A DNA stretch of 58,757 nt, counting the filler, from Nemertoderma westbladi (taxonomy: Eukaryota > Animalia > Xenacoelomorpha): the NCBI GenBank assembly GCA_032718475.1. It is 3 parts of 3 records of this genome, joined end to end, with 100 filler letters (N's around TTAATTAATTAA, not from the genome) between each part and the next. Parts side by side here need not be neighbours in the genome. Positions count along the whole stretch, not along the records: positions 49,828 to 58,757 come from JAUCBJ010004516.1; 2 more parts are not named here. One strand, 5' to 3'. The position numbers and the translations under genes are program-made. Shown in pieces: positions 50,240 through 58,757 of the stretch. The first letter of the stretch is position 1. Each line of letters starts with the position of its first letter. The notes under the pieces were generated by a model that searched no databases, was not told the origin of the DNA, and saw nothing but the letters and a program-made list of their open reading frames with translations.

Positions 50240-51375
50240 TAGTTAGGATGGGAAATGGGGTGAATTGAGAAGCAGGGAGTGTGCTGGAGAAAAGTGTGTG
50301 TAATGAATGGGCTGCTGCATCAGAATGGGTATGCTAATTAATGGACTGGGGGGGTCAAAATTAAGTAATAATATATCTAAAAAGTATCAAACACCTTGCC
50401 TCATGGCTCGCCCCTCAGAACTCTTAAGCAATATAGCTTCATAGTTTTTAAGGAAAACTGGTAAACGAGATTTGTTACTTACGCATACCTCGCAGACTTA
50501 AGTAATTAATTATACAGTAGGTTACATCGTTTTGAGAGTAGGACCATTGGAAACAGCACCCTCGAAAACCTCAGTACAAATAAAATTAATAAAGATTAAC
50601 AGGGTATAGCTTGTTATAATAAAACATAAATTATAATACGGTAGAACAATTAGGGTTGTAAATAAAAACAAATTCAATAAATTTAAGATAAACTGTATAT
50701 AACTTATGTATTAAAAGAGGGCCTTATTTAATTATGTGCGGTCAGACGCGCGTGGACTGCTTCGCAATACAATGCGAAAGAATGCAAACTATTGCAAGAG
50801 CAGATGTTTATTCTAATTTCTTGGATGAATTGATGTAATAACGAAGCTATAGGTTTGAATAATTTAAGCTCTGTGGCAGGCCCCATTCACGCAGGCCCCA
50901 TTCACGCATTGATGTTTGGGTTAGTCATGCTACGGTTAATAAGAGCCCAACAACCGCAGATTATTGAGGGATGACTCAGGGCCAAACTGGGCCACTTTAT
51001 TTTCGTGAGGGTAATTTATGTTTTGGGTCCCGCTCGTGTCTTTATATTTAATTCTATCATTCTATTGTATGGCAAAAATAATACAAATGTATTGTATATT
51101 GTAATGTACAGTGCCTATTGTATTGTATATTTCATTTGCTGTAGTACAATTTATTCATCTCGCGTCCCTATCTGATTGATTTGTATCAAATTAAATTGCC
51201 TTTGGCAACATTATTTGATACAAATCGATTGATTAAACAATTAATTAATTGTTTAATCGACCAATTAATTAATTGGTTAATTAATTAATGACCTACTTAA
51301 CACCCAAGGTGCGAAGTAGGTCCAACTGTCGCCGAAAAGGGGTAAACCATTACTACTCACCACCCAACCCCCATT

Positions 51376-52778
51376 ATGGATTACATTAGTAATGCGGAGG
51401 TCCGGCCACTAGAGGCCAGTGGAATTACCGGACACAATCGGCCTCACATGCGTCAGTTATCTCCTGACCGGCTGCCTGTCTCACCCCCTACTGGAGAGAG
51501 AGCAGCCAACAATTCTTTGAGTTCCTTTCCTGGTGACCTTTCTGGCCCAAACCCTGGGTCACCAGGGAGGTCAGATTGTGAGGGGGAGAGGGATTCTGGA
51601 GTTGGAGGCTACTCTCATGTTCCACCCCGACCAACAAAGCCATTGGTGAATCTGAGGCAAGTCACTAGACTAGCCTCAGTAAACACCCTAACACTCGGGT
51701 CCCCAATGCGAAAGGTGAGCTGACTGCCTTGGCAGATAAGCTTTCTCTTAGCGCAGTGGGTGTTCAAGAGCACCGAATGCAGACTGGACAGACTGATGAG
51801 GTTCTGATTAAGGACATGGGTGGCGGTTGGCGACTCGCCCTCGCGTCAGCAGATGATAGTGGCAATGGTGGAATTGGTCTATTGATGAATCCAACTGCAC
51901 ATGCAGCATTGGACAAAATAGACTAAATCACCGACCGCATCATCCGTTGCCACTTCTCATGTTCTGGAAGACTGGCTAAGAAGTTTCCTAAGGTGGTTCT
52001 GATTGTGTGCTACTCTCCAACTAGTGTTGCCCCTGTAGAGGAGGTGGAAAATTTCTACCACAATCTACAAGCAGCTACTGATGGAGTGGATCAGCATGCA
52101 TTCTTAACATTCCTGGGAGACTTTAATGCAAGTCTGCATCAATCACCTACATCGCCCTGGGTCTATAGCAATAGTGTTAACCGAAATTCCGTCCATCTTC
52201 AGGATTTTATCTCTGGAAATGGATTGTTTTCGGCTGGAACCCAGTTCAAGAAGCGAACTGGAAGTCTATGGACTCATAGTGGACCCAGTGGTCACAAGTC
52301 CCAGATAGACCATATCCTGTTTCGTAGGAAATACAGGAGCTCTATACAAGACTGTAATGCATTTACACTACGACCCTTCTCCAGTGATCACCGCCTTATT
52401 GTGGCCAAGGTAAGTCTTAGTCTGCGTGCTAGCAGAACAACGAAATCTGCCTTGCCGCGGCATGACTGGTCCTCTCTGTTGCAACTGCCAAGTGTGAGAT
52501 CCAGCTTCACACTACAGCTGAGCAACAGGTATGAGGCTCTTGCCTCTGAGGCGGCAGATCCCTGCGAGGGCTATACTGCCTTCACAGAGGCAGTTAAGTT
52601 AGCAGCTGCAGAAACAGTTCCTGTATACCCTCGAAACAGGAAAAGGGCCCCCTGGACTGACAACAAAATTTAGAAGTGCCGAAATGACCTCTACAAGGCG
52701 CAAAAAGAGTCACGACTCAAACAGACTACAGCGGCCAAGAATGCAGTTGAGGCTGCATCTAGGTCCCTGAACAGGAAG
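51376..52778 (+). mobile_element. Degenerate 5' part of a non-LTR retrotransposon (APE endonuclease), RTE-like
   Basis: Motifs VGVQEHR, GIGLL, CYSPT, LGDFNA, SQIDHIL, SSDHRL; a frameshift and in-frame stops; ends at a foldback element. Confidence 0.88.
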
Positions 52779-53629
52779 TATTTGACGTCACTACGCATAT
52801 TTCTTATATTGTTTTCTATGGATGGTGATTTTCTATCGATTTAAATACACATTTAATCTAAATCATTTCACACGTGGCTTATATCAATTGAAAGTGGAGA
52901 CTGGAGAGTCTCGTGCGTCTTTTGACACCACAATTAATTAAATTCATGGTGATTAACATTGATTAAATTTCATTGCATTGTATTGCCTATTGCATTGCAG
53001 TATTGCAGCTTAAGTTCATTAAGTTGAAATGTGTAATAGTCAGTGGTAATGTAAGAGAGGTACATCGGTAGGTTTACTCAACTTAATGAACTTAAGCAAC
53101 AATACAGCATTAGGCCTACTCCGATACTGCAATGCAATAGGTGGATAGGGCTGAGTTGGTGTGTGCTTGCATACGGGGTCAGGCAATATTGAGAGGGAGT
53201 TTACTGTTATTGCTTGAAAACTCAGTATTTTGAAATGCTTTTTTTATTTGACAATATTATATTTTATGTTGTTCTCGTTTTCAATCAGTCAATGCTAGCG
53301 CCGCCCAACGCGCTTTTAATGCTATTTTAATTATGCTAATTAAAGTTAATAATTAAACCACCGGTGGAATCCAGACATGAAATTAATTGTTCAGTTCATG
53401 ATCATGAATTTAATTAATTGTAGTGTTAAAAGAGGCGCAAGACTCTCCGCTTTCCATTGATATAAGCCTCGTGTGAAATTATTGAGATTTAATGTGTATT
53501 TGAATCGATTGAAAATCTTTATCCATAGAAACCAATATGAGAAATTATTAGATCACTGCGTAATGACGTCAAATATGTAGCAGCCAATCGCAGCCGATTT
53601 TCAAAATTGTCTTCCCGCGCTTACTTAAA
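52779..53629. mobile_element. Foldback DNA-transposon relic (right end at TTAA, left terminus missing)
   Basis: TATTTGACGTCACTACGCA...TTCTATGGAT pairs with ATCCATAGAAAC...TGCGTAATGACGTCAAATA. Confidence 0.7.
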
Positions 53630-53717
53630 CCCGCCACTTCAAACGTTTCTATGTGTTTTTATAAAAAATAAACCCCGCCACTCGATTCAGGGCACCTTGA
53701 TACCCCTTATTCGATTG

Positions 53718-53802
53718 TTTCTAGCCCAACAATTTTTTCGCGCACCAACCCTATTGTCAATGACAATAGGGTTGGTGCGCGAAAAAATTGTTGGGCTAGA
53801 AA
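53718..53802. repeat. Perfect palindrome, 42-bp arms, 1-nt spacer
   Basis: TTTCTAGCCCAACAATTTTTTCGCGCACCAACCCTATTGTCA-A-TGACAATAGGGTTGGTGCGCGAAAAAATTGTTGGGCTAGAAA. Confidence 0.95.
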
Positions 53803-53864
53803 TAATTATTCGATTTTAAGGTGACATTCTAACGAGTTATACATATAAGATTAAATAGAAATAC

Positions 53865-53989
53865 CTGATTCATTGAGGCGCGGAATGTAGTTCTCCAATT
53901 GGTCATGGTAACGGTAAAAGTTGTGTATGCCGCTATACAGGTTAGTGTGGTAACTACGTAGGGAAGGCCACAATGGTACCACAATAAAC
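53865..53989 (-). CDS. ABCB7: ABCB7/Atm1 exon 3
   Basis: GLLWYHCGLPYVVTTLTCIAAYTTFTVTMTNWRTTFRASMNQ, matching the ABCB7 'WRTxFRxxMN' motif; acceptor taatag, donor gtattt. Confidence 0.88.
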
Positions 53990-54192
53990 CTATTAAATAT
54001 AATTAGTTATATGTAAATGTAAACATGAAGTCACAGATCGGGGGGGGGGGGGGTCTTTCGACATAATCAAAATTCATCCATCTCCAGAGTAAAAACGACA
54101 CATATAACAGCTGATTACTCACAAAAATTAAACTGAAACATGTTATATTGAATCGAAGCGAAGAAGCTCACATTATTATGTATTAAACTTAC

Positions 54193-54300
54193 CCGTAACC
54201 ATGGATACCTCAACAAGTGTAGGAAGCAATGTGATAACTAATGGAGCTAATACCTCTCTTATAGCTTTGGTACCACGGTCAATAGCACGTGATAGAGCAC
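54193..54300 (-). CDS. ABCB7: ABCB7/Atm1 exon 2
   Basis: GALSRAIDRGTKAIREVLAPLVITLLPTLVEVSMVT; acceptor ttcccag, donor gtaagt; phase 1-1. Confidence 0.9.
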
Positions 54301-54412
54301 CTGGGAAGGGAAAACAATGGCACGATAAAATACGGCGGTCGATACGAACAGCTGATGGATTTATAAAACAAATCAATGCAACAGACAACATAGCCAGTCA
54401 GCCGCCACCCAC

Positions 54413-55046
54413 CTGTGTTTCTCCCCAAATGGAATTCAAGATCTAGGCTGTGTAGGTGGTTGAAGACGCCTTTAGCTACGTTCTTCATGGCCGTTTGAGC
54501 AACCCTCTCGAAAACAACGTTACGAAGTTCGTTAAAGAGGGAAGAACCAGCCCGGGCGGCGCCGTAACCCAGTAACAACGCCACAGATACATTGGTTACC
54601 ATGGAAACAGACTCGAGGACCTCCGGGGAGCTCACCGAATCCACCGCCTGTTTAAATATGAAAGGAACGGAGACGTTGATGAGTTTACCGCAAATGAGGA
54701 ATGTTACGGCGCCACAAACACTGAGTTTAGTTCGGACGTCGTCCACAGGCCACACGTATCCCAGCATCTGGCGGAGGATCTGTAAGCGAGAGAGTTTAAC
54801 ATCTTCAATTCGTTGAGAGGATAGGGAATAACGATCGGGTTTCTTTGGAGGGGATGTTTGGAAATAGCGGAGTGGTAGAGATGCATTCGGAGTTCGTGGA
54901 GTGCAACTGATACCGGTAGGAATTCGGTACAACCGAGAACTATCGGTACTCGATAAGGAGGTACGCCGGGAACATGTATACGTATACCTTTTGGATACCA
55001 CAAGGGAAGGGCAATTTAAATGTCCTGCCGCTAGCAGAAACGTCAT
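54413..55046 (-). CDS. ABCB7: Mitochondrial ABC transporter ABCB7/Atm1 exon 1 (targeting peptide, TM1-2)
   Basis: ATG at 55046, R/S-rich presequence, MLGYVWP, NVSVPFIFKQAVD, LLGYGAARAG..FNELRN.VF..VAQ, VFNHLHSLDLEFHLGRNTG; donor gtgggt. Confidence 0.92.
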
Positions 55047-56219
55047 TCTTTTTACTACATTAATTAACAAATTATTACAGCAGTACAGAGTTCTGGAGTT
55101 TTGACTACGGCGCCTATGACCTACAGTAGACCTACTAGTAGTATTAGGCCTAATACTGCTGTACTGAAATAGTAGCTAGTAGTCCTTCAATGTTCAAATA
55201 TAATTAGGGTAATTTCTACTAGGCCTAATCTTAAACTGCCCCCGCCTATGACCTGGTCAATTCTAGATAGGCCTAAATGAGTTGTAGGCCTACGACTTTT
55301 TACAATGTCAATATGTGCGGGCCCATTAAATATTATTTTGCTCTGTAATTTATGTTAATTTTCTGGACGAGAAGAAAGGATTTTCTGCACGCCTTCACCA
55401 CTACTGCTATGCTACCCAAACACAACCACCAACTGTTTTGAATTTACGTTCGGGGATGCCGGATGCCAATGCAAACTGACAGAGTGACAGACAAAGCAAG
55501 CAGGCAAGCAGATGGTTGAAAACGACAGAGTGCAGAGCGCCAATGTTGTATAGGTGGCATTAATTAACATAACTGCATTTTGTTGCACAAAATGATTTAT
55601 TTTAGAAGGAAATAATTTGGCGACTTTTATACTTAATGTAGCAGATAGGCTGATAGGGGTGGGAACTGTACGCAATAAAAATTCATCCAGCTGATTACTC
55701 TCAAAAATAAAACTGTAACCTGTTCTATTGTGTTTAGTTTATTATTTTGGTTAAAATAACGTGCCACTGTAACCTGCGCGGGATATTAATTCGCCAAGGC
55801 GGGTTTTGCGTCCAATCCCCCCCCCCCCCCCCCCCCCCCCCCTGTCTCTAAAGTAGAGCGGGATTAAGATATTTTGGGCCGAGGGCTGTGAATTATAGAG
55901 GCAGGAGGGGGAAACTCGACGCAAATCCCATTCGATCCGTTTTTGGCGACTAATGGTCGCACCCAGTCGGCAGGTCGCGGCCTATCACAAGCTCAAGCCT
56001 TCTTGTCTAATTAACTAGAACTCATCACGTTTTAGGCAATATGATTGGTGTAATCGTTATGCTTATTGTACGGCTAAATAATAATTTCTTAATAAAGTAC
56101 TAAATGTACTACAGTACTGTAATACTATTAAGTAGTATAAGTAATACTATTTATATGATTATTATATTATTCTTTTATGTTATACAGGTATAAAGTCGAC
56201 TATTCTACACACTGAACTG

Positions 56220-56506
56220 TCTACAATAGACTATATGGAGGGTCGCTAAAAGTCGCAAAAGTTTATATGTAGACTATAGCTGTGCTGTGGAGCCGACCAA
56301 TTAGACTCTTCCGACCACCTCTTGGGCCGGGTATAAAGGCGACTCGTCCAGTGAACTGATAGAGTAAGTCGCAAGTGGTCGGCTTAGATATATCATATAC
56401 GGGGGTGGTCGGAAGAGTCGAATTGGTCGGCAAAGTCGGCTCCACCTATAGTCTACATATAAACTTTTGCGACTTTTAGCGACCCTCCATATAGTATATT
56501 GTAGAC
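56220..56506. repeat. Inverted-repeat element (~60-bp arms) followed by a degenerate partial copy to ~56690
   Basis: CTATATGGAGGGTCGCTAAAAGTCGCAAAAGTTTATATGTAGACTATAG and its reverse complement at ~56447-56495. Confidence 0.8.
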
Positions 56507-57261
56507 CTATGATGATATATGTAAGCCGAACTGCCGACCACTTGCGACTTACCCTCAGTTCACTGGGTCGAATAGTCGCCTTTATACATGACCCAAGAGT
56601 GATTGGAACTTCGCCTAATCTAGATACACGCTATGTAAACTAGCCGACTTCTAGCGATCCTCCATAAGTCACCTGTGTGGCCGGCTAGACGGCTTTCATA
56701 TATAATAGTTAACACATACACAATAATTCAATTAGACATTAAATATATAATTAATAGTAAATAGTAATAACTGGCCAACTATTATATAGTACGTAGTTAT
56801 ACCAATCAAATAATAATGAGGGAAGCTAATAAGACTAGAGTTGATCTAGACGCATTGTTATTGGATTCATATAGCCGACCATTGCGTCGATTTTCCCCCT
56901 GAGAGGATAAAGTTTTTTTTGCTTCGAAAGTCCCCCCCCCCCCCCCCCCCCCCCCCTATCTAGAATTTTAAAGGAACATACAATTCTTTTTCGAACAGGT
57001 TTGTACGTGATTTGTGCAAAACAAAATATAACTATTTCAGAAATTACGTACAGTATTACATGGGAAAATAAGTAGAGTATTTTTTTCCATATTATCCTGA
57101 CCCTGTATTACCTCGGTGGCGCTTGGTATATTAAATACCTCACAAATAGTGAAAAAATGTCTACTTTTCCCAAGTAATAAATAAATTTCATGCAGTTGGT
57201 ATGGGGCTGCTATCCGTTTCATTAGTTACTCTACGAATGCTTGCTATTCTACAATCGGCGC

Positions 57262-58730
57262 TTCTGCGTCGTTACATCCTTTGGTCCTGCGCCATGACGT
57301 CCTTTGGTCCTACGTGATGACGTCCTTTGGTCCTGCGTCTTTAGCTCCTGCGTTTGTTACGTCGTTTGGCCCTGCTGCTTTAGGTCCTGTGTCGTTTGGT
57401 CCTTTGGTCCTGCGTCTCTAGGTCCTGTGTCGTTACATCCTTTGGTCCTGCGTCATTAGGTCCTGCGTTGTTACGTCGTTTGGCCCTGCCTCTTTAGGTC
57501 CTGTGTCGTTTGGTCCTTTGGTCCTGCGTCATTAGGTCCCGCGTCATTACGTCCTTTGGTCATGCGTCATTAGGTCCTGTGTCGTTATGTACTTTGGTCC
57601 TGCGTCTGTAGGTCCAGCGTCATTAGGACCTGTGTCGTTTATGTTCTTTGGTCCTGTGTCTTTAGGTCCTTTTGTCGTTAGTCCTTTGGTCCTGTGTCAT
57701 TAGGTCCAGCATCGTTATGGCCTTTGTTCCTGCGTCATTATGTCCTTTGGTCCTGCGTCTTTAGGCCTCTGATACTGCGTCATTATGTACTGCATTGTTA
57801 GGTTCTGCATCGTTATATCCTTTGGTCCTGCGTCATTAGGTCCTGTATTGTTACATCCGTTGGTCCTATGTCTTTATGTCCTGCATTGTTTATCCGTTGG
57901 TCCTGCATTGTTACGTCCTTTGTTCCTGTGTCTTTAAGTCCTGCATCATTGCGTCCTTTGGTCCTTAGGTCCTGCGTCGTTATGTCCTGCGTCGTTACGT
58001 CCTTTGGTCCTGCATCATAGGTCCTGCGTCGTTACATCTTTTGGTCCTGCGTTTGTAGGTCCTGGATTGTTAATTCCTTTTATCCTGCGGCATTATGTCC
58101 TGCGTCATTAGGTCCTGCGTCGTTAGGTCCTGCGTGGTTATGTCCTTTGGTCCTGCATCTGAAGGTCCTGTGTCGTTACATCTTTTGGGCATACATCTGT
58201 ATGTCCTGTGTCTGTCAGTCCTGTGTCAATAGTCCTTTGGTCCTGTGTCTGTCAGTCCTGTGTCATTACGTCTTTTGGTCCTGTGTCTTTAGGTCCTGTG
58301 TCGTTACGTGTTTTGGTCCTGCGTAACTAGGTCTTGTATCATTATGTCCATTGGTCCTACATCGTTACATCCTTCGGTCCTGCATCTTAAGGTCCTGCAT
58401 CGTTAGGACCTGCGTCATTACATCCTTTGGTCCTGTGTCTGTCAGTCCTGTGTCATTACGTCCTTTGGTCCTGCCTCATTAGGTTCTGCATCGCAAGGTC
58501 CTGCGTCATTACGTCGTTTGGTCCTGCGTCTGTAGGTCCTGTGTCGTTACGTGTTTTGGTCCTGCGTCATTAGGTCCTGTATCATTATGTCCATTGGTCC
58601 TGCATCTTTAGGTCCTGTGTCGTTTACATCCATTGGTCCTGCATCATTAGTTCCTGCATTGCCATGTCCTTTGGTCCTGCATCATTACATCCTTTGGCCC
58701 TGCGTCATAACGTCCATTGGTCCTGCGTCT
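57262..58730. repeat. Degenerate minisatellite of mixed ~15- and ~23-bp units (GGTCCTGCGTCATTA / GGTCCTGCGTCGTTACGTCCTTT)
   Basis: GTCCT core recurring every 8-15 bp over ~1.45 kb. Confidence 0.9.
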
Positions 58731-58757
58731 CGACTCACTCTCCTTTGTGACTCGATC

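Noticed and set aside
49832-50242. Poly-VA and poly-WL ORFs, and an open (QP)n frame on the minus strand
   Set aside because: Microsatellite translations; no phase-consistent link to the SMARCA4 or ABCB7 exons.
12239-56956. Numerous poly-C/poly-G tracts as a dedicated G-quadruplex system
   Set aside because: Many sit within MITE subterminal regions, and homopolymer lengths are unreliable in assemblies.

Overview
Eukaryotic (metazoan, probably invertebrate) genomic scaffold: AT-rich, packed with MITE/LINE/SINE remnants, and joined across two 100-bp N gaps carrying an artificial TTAATTAATTAA linker. The left third holds five minus-strand exons (20032 down to 4272) of a divergent NMDA receptor GluN1 (GRIN1/Nmdar1-like) gene covering S1, M1, M2, M3 and the start of S2. 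An intronless FBXO39-like gene lies inside one of its introns. An intronless MS4A-like gene and an intronless IFT22/RABL5 probably lie in the flanking introns, each with an X-box-like motif upstream. The standout is a ~6.9-kb tandem array filling the M2-M3 intron. It is built from copies of the last 43 nt of the pore-loop exon ([15 protein letters not shown], including the N-site) plus its 5' splice site, and about a dozen full-length copies encode in-frame variant pore loops. The right half carries a SMARCA4/brahma gene with one visible intron and long repetitive termini, the first three exons of ABCB7/Atm1, nested DNA-transposon relics, RTE-like LINE fragments and two satellites. All homology calls are from motif recognition, not database searches.
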